From Spirogloea muscicola (lineage: Eukaryota): 60,446 nucleotides of DNA. Both the position numbers and the translations under genes were made by a program. The DNA lies in the NCBI GenBank assembly GCA_009602725.1, contig WELB01000032.1, positions 46,508 to 106,953 of the forward strand, in the 5' to 3' direction. Positions 1-12,198 of the stretch are shown piece by piece. The number at the start of each line of letters is the position of its first letter. Positions within the stretch are counted from its first letter, which is position 1. Under the pieces are notes generated by a model, which made no database searches, had not been told where the DNA came from, and saw only the letters and a program-made list of their open reading frames with translations.

Positions 1-680
1 CGGCAGAGCATTTAACCACTCCGACGCGCCTGGGGAGCTGATGGAGAGGAGCCGGGTGAGGCCACGTCCATCGTCCTTGAGCAGTCCCTGCAATTCAGAG
101 GCGGCCTGCACGTCCGCAGCGTGAGAGTAAAGGCCCTGCGCTTTCCTGTCAGAACAGCGTGCCCATGCCGCAAAATCTGCATGACCCTCTGCAAGCGTTG
201 GTAAGCAGCGCGAGAGGTCACGTAGTGCTGCGGTTAGAGAAAGCTGGAAGGGCAGGTTCCCTGTTGCAACACCCGCTATGGCGGGTGCTAAAACAGCCTG
301 GCCCCTCAGGATGAAGCGACTGGAGATGGTGGAGGCCACTTGGGCCCAGCAACCCAGGTGAGCTGCTTGGGACAGGCGAGCCAATGGACGGCACCCAAGG
401 CCGCCTTTACTGATGGGTAGGGTACACTGTAGGATGGCCGCCGGCGGGGGCGGATAGGTCGGGGAGGGGGGCGAGATGTTTCTGGAGGCGTTCCCGCAAG
501 TCCACCGCCACGTGAGCTGGTGTGCCGAGGGGGACCTTGAGGATGGCCAGCCCATTGGCAGGGGTCTGGCAGCCGTGGGGGAGCTGAAGGTTGGCGGGGA
601 GACCACGTGGGGACCATGCCACGCTCTTGGATGGGCAAACCCGCAGGCTCAAAAAGGGTGTTTCCCGTGGAAGCTTCCAC
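1..680 (-). mobile_element. CRE-like non-LTR retrotransposon ORF fragment (RT C-terminal/thumb region), continues off the left edge
   Basis: Manual minus-strand translation of about 440..1 is open. It reads AILQCTLPISKGGLGCRPLARLSQAAHLGCWAQ...RGLTRLLSISSPGASEWLNALP, with the LPxxxGGLG and RLLSxSxPGAxxWLxALP motifs of CRE/RLE-type elements. About 440-680, in another frame, reads LRVCPSKSVAWSP...GLAILKVPLGT (end of RT). The open frame is absent from the ORF track, probably because it runs off the window. Confidence 0.85.
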
Positions 681-723
681 ACTAGCAGAACGTTGTCATT
701 TAGGCGACGAATCGCGCCTACAT

Positions 724-1260
724 GGACCTTGTCCATTTATCCCTGGGCTACCCTTTCGTCACAGCCCTCGCCCCCTTTGGAAGAGCCACTTTGTTTGCTG
801 GAGTCCTCGGCGCGTTGCGTATCATTGCGTTTGGGCTTAGATTGCCAATGCCCCAGTGGTCTGACAGGGGCGAGGCACTTCTGAGAAAGCAACTCTTCAT
901 CTTCTGAAGGGGTAATGGCTGTGGCCAGACCTTAGAAAGAGAGACACTTTCAGTAGAAAGGCCGTCGACATTTTCTACTATCTAAAGTCGAACATGAGAA
1001 GATGGCTCTTTCAATGCGTCCTTCTTCTTTCCAATGGAGGCGAGGCGATAGCTGTGGAAAGCCAGCCCAGGTAAAGTGGACAAGGTCCATGCAAGTGCTA
1101 CATTGAGTGGAAGCTCAATGGCAGCAACGTAAAAAGAAGAAAAGACTCGAGGGCGATGTGTGTGTTCAGCCCAGAATGAACGAAGTTCGAAGGGGCCAGG
1201 AAAGAGCAAAAGCAGGAGAGGAGTTGCCCCACCTAGAGCCAGAGGCGGCCAAGGCATGCC
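724..1260. mobile_element. Cluster of about 4 truncated 3' ends of the CRE-like family (mixed orientation)
   Basis: 724-792 (+) ccttgtccatt..gggct..cacagccctcgccccctttggaagagccactt. Reverse-orientation copies at about 880-930, 1005-1090 and 1135-1250. Confidence 0.6.
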
Positions 1261-2419
1261 CAGCACGAAAATACAAGGCATTGACATGAGACGCTGCAAA
1301 TTAATGGAAGTCGCATACGATATACCAGGGCCTGAGATCCAGCGGTGTTGAAATCCGCCTGCTCACTTGGTCAAGGAAGAAGAAAGTCTGTTCCAGTAAA
1401 GGCCATTGACCTGCCGATATGATACGCATGGCATGTTTGACCAGCCCCTCGCCAGCAGGATAATGGTAGGGCAACTAAATGTCAGCTGCGTGCGAGATCA
1501 CGTGCAGTGGCGAGCTGTGCAATCTTCCACTAGCTGGTGCTTGGCCACAAGCTGCAACAGATCTAAGCCACTTATGCGATGACTGCTTACGCTAAAGACA
1601 CGGCTGCATCAACAGCCTTCTTCGGCGTGCCAGAGAAAGAATACGGTCACATCTACCTAGGGCTATGAGGCCGTTTTCAGAGCTGTGCTGCCTGACTGAC
1701 TCATGCCCTTTCTCTGAGCGTGCCGGCTGCTTGCTTCTCTCCCGCAGGAAGGTTTTCTGTCATGCCATCATAAAATACAACAAGGTTGCTATTCACGCGT
1801 CGAGTCGAAGTGGACAAGAATCTTGTCAATTTGGCACTGACAAACTTTCCCACGGTGCGATGCAACCTTGCTGCTGTAATACCGAATATACAAGCTCCAT
1901 TGCCTTGCTTTCCGCAGCCAACACCAGTCACTTTGTCATGGGGACAAGCTGCCATTGAAAAAGCATTCCCTGCTCCGAACATAGATTGACAGGGTAAAGC
2001 AGCACTAGCATCTTAGCTGATGCTTGTTGAGCTGATGCAGCGGGCTCACATCAAGTTGCCATCATTATTGGCAGCCGCGGATTCAGATGCCTATGTGTCC
2101 TCGGTCATCATCAGATAAAATTAAGCGGACAATACTGCAGCAGAACTTTCATTGAGACGGATGGCTGAAGGTGCTCCTGCAATGACTAGGGTCTGATAAG
2201 TGGAGTGCTTCTATAGACATTGATCTTGGGGTATCAACTCTTTGGGCAAGGATAGAGACAACCATCCAGCTTGAGCTGTGAGTTGAGTCTTTTGAGTCTC
2301 GGGCCTGCAGCTGCCAAATCTCGCCATGGGGCCACGGGCCCAGCAGCAGACTTTCCAGGGCCCGAGTTAGAAATAAGCAATGAAGGCTGCCAGGCTGAAA
2401 CTTTTGCGCTGGCCTTAGA

Positions 2420-2760
2420 TAGAAAGAAACAGCGCTTCCAAATTGACCGGTGGCTGTGAGAGGGCAGCCCAAATGACTGGACAAGGTCTGGAGGGGCCGG
2501 ATGGCGTAAAAAGCAAGACACTGATTGCTAAGCCGGCAGCAAGGGGGCTCTCAGTAACCGCGAGTTAAGTAGTGCAAAGATAGCAACATAAATAGCAACA
2601 TCGCCTCCTCTTTCGGGAGATGTTTTTCTCCTCATCGAAGCGGAGACGTGGGGACAAGGGCTGTGATAATGTTGAAGGGCTCGCCCATTGAGGATAGGGG
2701 CTGGAACAAGCCAGCCCAAAAAAGAATGAACAAAGAATGATAAGCTAGGCCCGGAAAGAA
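2420..2760 (-). mobile_element. Two adjacent CRE-like 3' ends
   Basis: 2420-2570: ..TRGY* tail plus ggctgtgagagggcagccc hairpin. 2640-2750: near match to the 3'UTR in the 52 kb array. Confidence 0.7.
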
Positions 2761-3299
2761 AACCTCGGATCTGCCAAGACGGCGGACAGCCGGCAGGGCA
2801 GCGCGATGGCAGCCACGTGCCTTTTGTGTGGCGGGCCGTACTGAGCTCCAAGCCGCCCCAAGGCGCCCCAAGCTCCACGCCCGACCGGCGCGGCCCCAAC
2901 GGCCCCGCCCAACAGCGGCTCGGGACCCGCCGCCGCCGCCGGCGTCGCCGCCACCGCCACAGCCGCCGCCCGCGTCCGCGACTCCCACCGGCGCCGGCGG
3001 CGCGCTCAGCGGTGACGCGGGGCGGCGGGCTGCAGTGGCGGTGAACGCCGCGCGCCTACAGCAAAGTGCACGTCGCCGGGGCTCGACGGCAGCGGAGGTT
3101 CCGCCCGGGGCCCCCTCTCGTGTCCCTTCCTCATGATGTACATCTGTCATTGTGGCCACTCAGGCGTTCCAACGATGACGCGGTGATGACGAATGATGAA
3201 CAATGACTATCATGATCATCAATGACAATGATGACGCGATGGTGTGGAAATTGTGACACCCATGGCAAGACGACCTTCCATCCGCTTTGGTTGGCCCTT

Positions 3300-3530
3300 A
3301 TTCTGAGAAACAGCACTTCCAAATCAAGTGGTGGCTGTGAGAGGCCAGCCCAAAGGAATGAACAAGGTCTGGCGGGATGGCGCAAACAATTAGATACTAA
3401 TCCTGAAGACGGCAGCAAGGGGCTCTCAATAACCTCTTGTCAGTAAGTGCAAGTCAGAAGAGCTAGCGGGCGGAAAGACGTCACCCGGACGGAATCCGGA
3501 GGCAGCAAGCCAAGGCGCCATCACGCAAAA
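3300..3530 (-). mobile_element. CRE-like 3' end with ORF tail
   Basis: Minus translation ..SSSDLHLLTRGY*, followed by a 3'UTR containing gggctggcctctcacagcc. Confidence 0.75.
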
Positions 3531-4064
3531 TTTGATTGAGACTGATGTCACTAAAGCGTGCTAGCAGCCGGGCGTGTAGTGCCACCTGTAAGTACAGCAA
3601 TATCTGCGGACATACATAAGTCAGTCTTACCTTCTGTTCAGAAGTGGGCCTACAACAATATCTTGTGAGCAGGTTACCAGAAGCACAGACCCTAAGTCTG
3701 GCAGCCGCTAAAGTGCTCATCAGCATGCAGCAATGCGTGCCAACGACGACACAACCTGCTGCATGTGTACCTGCAATACCTTGCTATTTGACTCCGGGGT
3801 GCGATTTCTGGTTGGAACGTGCTGGGGGTCAAAGTGGCAGACAAGAGCACTAGTACTGCAGACTGCTCCCAGGGCATGTTGCGTGCAAAGAGTTGGTAAG
3901 GGCAGCCGAAAAAGGCCAGCGCAGAATTGCAGCGGCCTGGTGTGCTGGCCCCCCCGCACTGCACCTGAGGAGGGTGGAATGGTGTAGCCAGCAGCGGGCA
4001 GCAGTAATGGCAGGGTTTGTCGGTGCAGGTGTCGCCTGGCCGCAGACGCCCTCTCACACATGCC

Positions 4065-4145
4065 TGCATGGAAGAGAGAGGAAGATACTTCCAGTAGATG
4101 GCGATGGCTGTGAGTGGCCAGCCCAGAAAAAGAATGAACATGCAT
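4065..4145 (-). mobile_element. CRE-like 3'UTR fragment
   Basis: cttccagtagatggcgatggctgtgagtggccagcccagaaaaagaatgaac matches the family consensus. Confidence 0.65.
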
Positions 4146-5821
4146 GAACAGCTTCTTGAGACTTCCCCCTGCTCAGCCGTTTGAGTCGAGAATCAAAACA
4201 AATACATACTTCGACTTGCTTTACGATTTCGAGCTGCAACATTGTAGGCCTCTAGACCAATTTGCTCACTCCCTTGCGCACCTCAATTGCCCGCTTTCTA
4301 GAGATCCATGCCTTTCATAGAGCTGCTTACACGGCTCCTCTGGCCGTCTCCTTCTGACAAGCTCATCACCTGACCAAGCTCGCAGCAAGCTACACCTTTG
4401 ACAAATTGCCGCATCCTTTCACGCTGGCCACTCACAGCCACGGCCAATCCCTTCCAACTCCTTAGTTGCTGTTGAGCAGCTGCTTTGGTGAAATCCAATT
4501 CTCAAATACCACTTTCACAACAACTGGAACAGGGAAGGTTAGCCGTCTGCATGTCATAGGTGAATGGCAATGTCACATAATATCTCTAGACAAGCGACCT
4601 ATTGATCATGTTCCCTTGTGAGTTTCTTGCCATACGTACCATTCACAGATGGCAAGCTCAAGCGCAAGTGAGTGAAATTCGACATAGCAAGTATTCACTT
4701 CTTACACTCGACATCATAAGGAAGGCCACTCTACCTTGATGTGACAGGAGGTTGATACAGAGGGCCTCATAATTAAACAGGAGAGCGGCTTCTATGCGTA
4801 CTTCTATATAGTTGATCAGAAAATTCAGACGCAATGGCAAAGATGGACAGATTGGCAGCAGCAGATTTGCAGCCTTGCAAGGTCAAGGCTGTGCCGCAAG
4901 CTGAAAAGCCAACAAGGATGGTCCTATTTCACATCTTATAATATTCCTTACAGGAGGGCGAGAGTCATAGAGCAGCATGCCTTACATTTGCCAAACAATG
5001 CTAGCACACTCTCTAACTGTGTCACTAAGAAGCGCAACAAGTCAGGTGAGTGGAAGCTGTGGTAAAGTGACAAGGAGAGCCTGAACCACGTGGCCAATTG
5101 CCTAACTTCATTTCACTGCTGCCAGTGTACCCTGTCCCAGTACCTTTGCGTTGTAAGAAGCAGAAAGACGGGCTGCACGCCAGTGATGGGAAGAGAGCAA
5201 CACGCAGTAGACGCCCTGGAAGGGATCGATGGGTCTGCTATAGCCAGAAATTCACATTCGACAAACCTCTCACCTGCAGGCTAGACTCAAGTGCCTGTTT
5301 ACAGCTGCCAGGTGAGGGGGCAAGGCAGAGAGGCTTAGCCCCAGGCACAAGAAAAAGGGTCTCAAGGCCTCTGCTGACATTTCCAATCTGGACGCGCCAA
5401 GCTGAAAGCATTGCTATCACCTGCAAGGAAGATAGGCGGCAGCAGAGTGACAGTGATGCTCGCAAATTGCACGGTATAAGTGAAAGTTGGAGCTGCCTTG
5501 CACAACCTACGCATGCTATTGCTTGCATTTATCCTGCTACATTTCAAGTTGTGCTGAGGCCTTCTATCATCTTGGCAGCTCATGCAATTCCTGGTGCAAA
5601 GCTGAAGCCCCTCAAGAGCCTGCAACATCATAGGTCGGCAGAGCTCAGGCCTCATTCACCAGCTTGCAGCATACAAGCAGCTTAGAGCATGAAGTAAGAT
5701 AATGTGGATGTACTTCTATTCCAAATGGTTGATTCAATGGCTGTACACTAATATCAACTATCTCTGACTGTTTGATCTTATGTGGGACGTTCCCCAGGAG
5801 GAGAGGTCGCGAAAAGGCAGT

Positions 5822-6245
5822 AACACCTCAGCATGATGCTGAACGAGGACACTAGGAATTCGGCTTCCATGATATGCACATCCTCCACACAGTGTGAGTT
5901 TGCAGGAGGTTGCCATGGAAGTCTGCAGAACTCGGTATGAATAAGCCACGCTTGTTCAGTAACCTCGGCTGTCTTATTTTGGAGGCACACAGCTGCTTAA
6001 GCTTGAAGCTCACTACCATACAGGGCAATGACCACCTCGTTGCTCAAGCAGCAGGTTGCAACCTTTGCAACTCACAATTTGTGGAGGATGTGCATTTCAC
6101 GCAAGCCGAGCTCCTAGTGTCCTTGGACAGCATCAGGCTGAGGTGTTTGGTCAATCACTGGAGAGGCACAGCTTCTTTGGCTTGAAGCTCACTACCATAC
6201 ACAGCAATGACCATGTTGCTCAACTAGCAGCAAGGTTGCAATACC
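5822..6245. repeat. Interleaved imperfect inverted repeat (5822-5913 vs 6058-6148) and direct repeat (5981-6063 vs 6160-6246)
   Basis: Direct comparison by eye. About 90-bp arms at roughly 80% identity; the direct repeat shares gcttgaagctcactaccataca. Confidence 0.75.
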
Positions 6246-9200
6246 TGGCTCCACGAACACACTAATTTTGCACAATCATCTGGCCCAACGATCGTGGAGC
6301 ACGCAGCGGCAGCTTTGAAAGACATTATTCGGCTGTCTGTCGTGATATGGTGTCCAGCTACTTATCCGGCATGCATAACGATTGCAAGCAGGGCTGGACA
6401 GCTAGTGCGATGCGCTTCGGTTTGTTACAAATCATCAAATAGGAGCCATCTGCAGCCCCTCTGACCAGCTGCTGGAACTGCAATCTTCGCTCCATGCTCC
6501 TATAGCGATCTTCGTCCTACAAGACCAAAGTTGACCAAGTCTATCAACAGCTTTGATCCGTCTTTGAGATCATCTGCTGCGTCAGTAGGAGTGAGCACAG
6601 GTTCTGCGCCCATGGGGACACCGCCAGAAGCGGCCACTGAGCCGGCCTACTGTCCGCATTCTCGTGCGAAGGCGCTACCTAGGGCTCCTGCAGCAAATTA
6701 GGCGGCAGCAGGTAAGCCATGCCTTGAGCTCAGAGTGGAGATTTTGAATGCAAGCAAGGCACCGGAGCTGGCTTCAGCGATGTCGGCATGCCCTTGGCCC
6801 GGTCATTGCAGCGCTCACTCGGCTGCTACGCACCCCGCGGCCGAGAGCGGGGCAGCGGCGCCAGCAGCAGCTCGCCAGCTGCCGCTGGCGGCGCACGGCG
6901 ACCGGCGGGACGTCAGCGCGGAGGGTTTGATCGATAGGCCCGCCGTTTGTGTCTTCAAGAGTAACCCACCACATGTGACCCGTGACCCGTGACCTGTGAC
7001 CAATTCCTGCTCCGCATTGGGCTGGCCACTACTTCTCTGATTAATGTCAAAGGACGTAAATGATGGTAGTGGTCTGTCACAGGTATGCATTCAAAGGTTC
7101 GAGGATGAAATTACGGCTCAGAGGGTGTTAATGAGGACCAATCCGTCAAGGCTCAGTCCAGACTGCTGAACGGCGCCGCGAGAAGCTTCCGCTACAGGCG
7201 CCGCTGTAGGCCGGCGCGCCGCGGCAGCGTCCTGCCGGCGGACCTTGCGGCTGCAGCGGCGCCAGCAACGACGCCCATGCGAGCCGCCGAGCTTGAGCGA
7301 AAGCGCCGGTCAGCGGCATCGCTGCCAGCGGTGTCGGTCTTGGCGTTGCATCAGGTCCGCCGGTGCTGCTTGACAACCTCAGCGGCCGGTGCTCGGCGGG
7401 AAGTCTGCACTGTCGCCAAAGGATGGGCCGGCCCCTTCCTAGAGAGGTGGACAAGGAAATGGACACTCGATGTCAGGGATGGCAGAGGTACATCGGATGT
7501 TCGCCGTCAATTGGTACTTGGCTACGATTCCAGGCCGTTGTAGCAAGGCCGACTTGCGCTTCTGCCAAGCGCTTGGAGAAGCTGGAGCCGCAGCCTGCCA
7601 ATCTGTCATAGGAGTGGCTTCTACCTGTCTTTAGCTGAACAACATGGCGGCTTGCACACCGTGCGAGGTCAGTGGTCACGCTCTCTACAATTGCCAAATA
7701 CAGCTGTCCACTTTGAGGCAACCCGCCATCCCTGTATGGAGTTCATGTCAGTCAGATTACTCGCCATCAACAATGAGCAACTGACCGCGTGTTGCATATC
7801 GTGCAGCCTGACTACCATGAAATTGCTCACAGGAGCCTCGTTGATGCCAGCTAATCTTGCTGCAAGGTAAGCTCAGCGTATATTGAGCGTACCTTGCTCT
7901 TGGCTTCTGTGAGCAAGTCAATTGCTTACAGGAGCCTCCTTTAATCATATACAGTTGAGGTAGGGAAGCAACTGGCGCTGAGGTCTACGCCCTAGCTAAT
8001 GTAGAGGAACTGAGCTAGCCAAGAGGCCCTTAGTGCTGCTTGCAGCAGCAGAGCAGAACAAGTTGATCAGCTGATATAGCACTGAAGGCTTTGATGCAGC
8101 GAAGACTACATGCGTCACGTGCAACAGGAAGGAGGTTACAGACATGCCCTTAGACCGTGGGCAATCATCAAAGAATGACTTAGCAAGCTTGCTCGTACTG
8201 TATCTCTCAGGCAAGTACACATCTATCATTCCCGTGTAATGCGGTGATATACAGCACTTCTAGCAATTATAGGTGCTGGACCAAAAAGCATGGGCAGCAA
8301 CCGGATGCGGAAAATATGGAGATTGCTATAGGATGGGGTTTATCCCACAAATTGAACTGCTTGCAAGCATGATGATTAGAGCTGGCGCTTTCGTTGTCTT
8401 CCTGAGAAGCATCAAGGTTGCTCAAAGGTTTGCAATACTGTGCTGCTGATCTGCATTTGCAAGTGCACCAGTAGGCCAGCTGAGTCCACTGCGCCGCTGA
8501 AGAATGGAGCTGCTGCGTGACATGTGCGGGAATGTTCATGCATAGACTACATCCTCCAGTGCTGACCACTTTGTATGTACGTACTCCGCGTGATTGTATT
8601 TCAAGAAAAGCCTCCAAAGTGGCTGCAATCTACAGAAGTGTATGTGTTTCAGTATGAGGAGCATGTGAGGCACGGCTCGGATTAGGCGCAATTCGCCCAT
8701 GCATGTGCTCTAGACCTGCGGTCATCGTTTCAAGCCGCTCGCATGCTACATTCAGTGTATGTGTTCGGCTGGATATGCAGCGCTCACTGTAACTCCAAGA
8801 TCCAAACAGGGACGGCAGCAGCCGGAAGCCCACGCGAAGCAAAGGCTGAAGCCGGGTATATGTGCAACTAGCTAAGGGAGAAGAGTGAGAACGAGCACAG
8901 CAAGGTGCAGCTGCAGACTGTCGCTCTTGTACAGACTGTTGTCAATGTGTACCGTCACAGGCCGTGATACATATCTAGGAGCCGCTAGCGCTCTCCAGTC
9001 CCCATGTCTGGGCCAATGCACCATTCGCGATGAGCGCGCGCGCAGAGACCAGAAGCTTGGAGGCTACGCGCAGCACCCTCAGCCCCCTCCGCGGGAAGGG
9101 GGCAGGGGCCCGACTGGCACGGCCGGGCGTGCGTGTCCGTTCGGACGTGGTCCAGGGAAAGTCGGGTGGTGCCCCGCCCAGCCCGCCCAGCCAGCGCCCA

Positions 9201-10394
9201 AGGCCCGAGTACCCTGACAGCTGCCAAATGCCGTCGGCCGGCGGCGGCCCTCTCGGAGCAATCGAAGATAAGGAAAATAAGTGTCCCCGGCTCTTGGCCC
9301 CCGAACTAGAGGAGTATTGGAGGCAGCCTTCCCGGTTCTGCGAATGAGGGAGAAACTGTCTTGACAAAAGAGGGCTTCCATTGAAATCCGTTCAGCTGCC
9401 GCCGCAGCTTGCGGCGACCGGTCGGCCCCCAAGGTGCGGGTCTCGCTATGCGGGTGCCAGGTACAGAGGTTGTCAGGCTTGTGGGCCCGCGGCTGCCTGC
9501 GTGTCGCCGCCGCCTAGCCAGCAGCGTGCTCGGCTGAAAGGCAGACTCGGGACAAATGAGCTCCCTGCAATGGCGACGAGAGCTCGTCAGTACTCCTTGG
9601 TGGAAATTTTTCGGATGAGCCGAGGAAATCTTGTGGAGAGCGGCCAATCGTGCCCACGCGCCGACGCGCCGGTGGGCCCTACCACGTCCGGGCCCCGCAC
9701 AGGACATCGTACCAACGTGGCGTGACGCTGTGCGGCCGCCGCCTTCTTGACGACCGGGCCCACTCCCGACCTCCTCCTCTGCACCCCCCGCATGCGGCGC
9801 CCCGCGCCTCGCGCCAGCCGCCGCCAGGCTGCGCCGTCGCGGCGCGGCCATGCCCGGGCCCACGACCGCACGCCCCGCGGCGGAGGCCCTGGGCGCGGGA
9901 CCCGGCGGCCTGGCCTCCTCCGTGTCGTGCAGCCGTCAAAGCGATCCTGCAGTCCCGGCGGTGGGCTTGCAGCAATGACACGCCGCAAGCAAGCAGGGCA
10001 CTGAGGATCTGCCTCTAGCCATCATTGATCAGTTCCTATCACACGCTTTGTCCTTGTAGATAGGACAAGTCTATGTCTTGCAATGTCCTCCAGGCGTGTT
10101 GATCAAATCCACTGCAGGTTTATGAAGTCTCTCATTGTTAAGCCTGTAAAGCTGTGCCTGCGCTTGAGCTACCTGATCATCATTCGCCATACAAAAAGTA
10201 CTGCTGACTGGCAGCAATGTGAAGAGCATGTGTGTCGAGGATTTCACTGTTGAGACACTCTGATGGAATCATGTTTTCGCCAGTGCAGCCCGGCAAGAAG
10301 GGGGGTGCTGTTGCCTTTGATCTGGTGATATTGACGGAAAAGCAAGTGGTGGAGATGTGAGGGACTCATGCTGGTGCTTCTGGCCCACTTCGCT

Positions 10395-10945
10395 TGGGCT
10401 GGCCTTTTGCAGCCACCCTTATCTCGATGGGAGCTCATTTTCTTGAAACATGCCACGGCGTCAGTGGCAGGTGAAGCTCCCATAAAGTGAAGCTCACACT
10501 CTAAACAGATAGAGCCTAAGTTCACCTGAGGCTATGTGTTTTAACAACGGCTGGTCTGAGCTGCCTCCACTGCTTCACATCCTCAATATGCTGGAAGAAA
10601 GCAAGCTCTTCCATTTCAAGGTAGTGGCTGGGAAAGGCCAACCCACAAGCCCAAAAGACGAGAGCCAGCACAGAAGCCTTGAGCTGATTCATGCCCTTCG
10701 GACGTCTGCCAACATGCATATGAGGGTCTCACTGAGCACTTAAAATAACTCACACGACTCCCTTACGGTGCTGCCAGCAGAGGATGAGGAGCAATTGCAC
10801 GCAGCCTCCTCGGCTTTCCCCTCAGACTTCCTGTTGCTTTCAAGGGGGTACTAAGAGCGCCCCGTCTGCCTAGCCTGTGGCTCCGCTGATATAATCATGA
10901 ACACCCTCCGTATGCACCTGGCTGGCTATACAGCCGGTCTTTTGA
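10395..10945. mobile_element. Three CRE-like 3' end fragments
   Basis: 10395-10445 (+) and 10605-10660 (-) carry the hairpin. 10800-10940 (+) encodes SDFLLLSRGY* plus a 3'UTR homologous to the copies at 14240 and 24310. Confidence 0.65.
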
Positions 10946-12198
10946 TGCCAGCAGCCGCAAGTCTTCAGTGTGCGCTCGACTCCCCATCAGCTGGCGGCGC
11001 CGCCCGCATAGCGTCCTCAGCGGGCGTCAGCAACGTCGGAGATCTTGGCCAGGGTGGGGCGAGATGCCCAGCGCCGCCCTGCCGTGGCGGCGGAGAGTCG
11101 GGCGGGCGCCCGGGACGCGCGCGCAGGGACAGGGTCAGTGGCCGCCGGTGGATCGGCGGGGATCTGGGGGCCTGGAGGGGCGGGGGCCGGGGCCACGCGG
11201 GCGCAGGTGGGCCGGCGGAGGACTGATAGGAGGAATGCCCGTTCCCCCGGTGCCTCTCCGCAAGTCGCGGCCTCGGCGGCGCCCTCTCAGACGGGACACC
11301 GGTGCCACTGTCGCCAATTGCCTTACGTAGCCACTCCGTCGTTCCCAGGCCCTCTCTGTGGCTGGCTCCTCGCAGGAGGAAGCGCAGGCTCTCGGCCCCC
11401 CGAGCCACTGAGCTCGCACCACGGGGCGAGCCTGCTCCCTCCCACCGTCGGCCCGACAGTGGTCCCGGAGCCACCATCCCGCCCGCGGCCTCGCTTCCCA
11501 GCTTCTGGGTCAGACTCCGTAGGTGTGGCCCTGCCTCCTGTTGCTCTCCTGCCTCCTCCTGATCGGCGCGCCCAGCTTCCCGGCCCGGACACCGATCGGC
11601 GGGACGTCTTGAAGGGGCCAAGCGCCCTCCCCCTTCCCTCCGCTTCCGCACCTTGCGCAGTAGACCTTGCGCCGCTGGCCCTTACCCCTTCCATTCTCCT
11701 GCGGTCCAGGGTTGTCGCCCATCGCCTCGCGCCCGCAGCTCGCTCGCCGGCGGCCCTTCTGCCAGGCTCTCGACGGCGGGCGCTTCGCCGCAGCTCGCCC
11801 TCCACATCTTCTGCTGCCTCCTGCGCGCCGAGTCCGCAGCTGCTGCCTGCCGCACCACGCTCGAGCCGCTCGGCCGCCTGCTTATATGCTGAGCCATGTA
11901 CGAAACGGTGCTGCATGAGCTCGTCGCCCTTTGGCAGCCCACACTTCTGGCCTTGATAGCCAGCCTTGAGCTGCAGCAGGAAGTTGCAGCCTTTTGCTCA
12001 GGTGATGCGAGCACAGCTGCCGCTATTCGATTTAAGGTAAATAACAACAGCCGCGTCATCCTATCAGTCTGACTTGTACTTGCTAAGGCCAGTGTGAAGT
12101 GTGTTGCCACCATTGCCAATGCAGGCATGTGATGGACAGCTCAGTAAGAAAGAGGGCCGAAAATTTTGGAATTTGACGACTTGCAGGGGTCCCATGCG

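Noticed and set aside
6975..7001. Short tandem repeats: GTGACCC x4 here, a 15-bp duplication at 15350 and a 23-bp duplication at 54277
   Set aside because: Ordinary slippage-type repeats with no further signal.
3530..8900. Protein-coding gene(s) in the 3.5-8.9 kb region
   Set aside because: No consistent exon chain or recognisable domain could be built by eye.
10897..11956. Several overlapping 200-300 aa ORFs
   Set aside because: GC-rich, stop-poor shadow ORFs of Arg/Pro/Ala/Gly with no recognisable domain.
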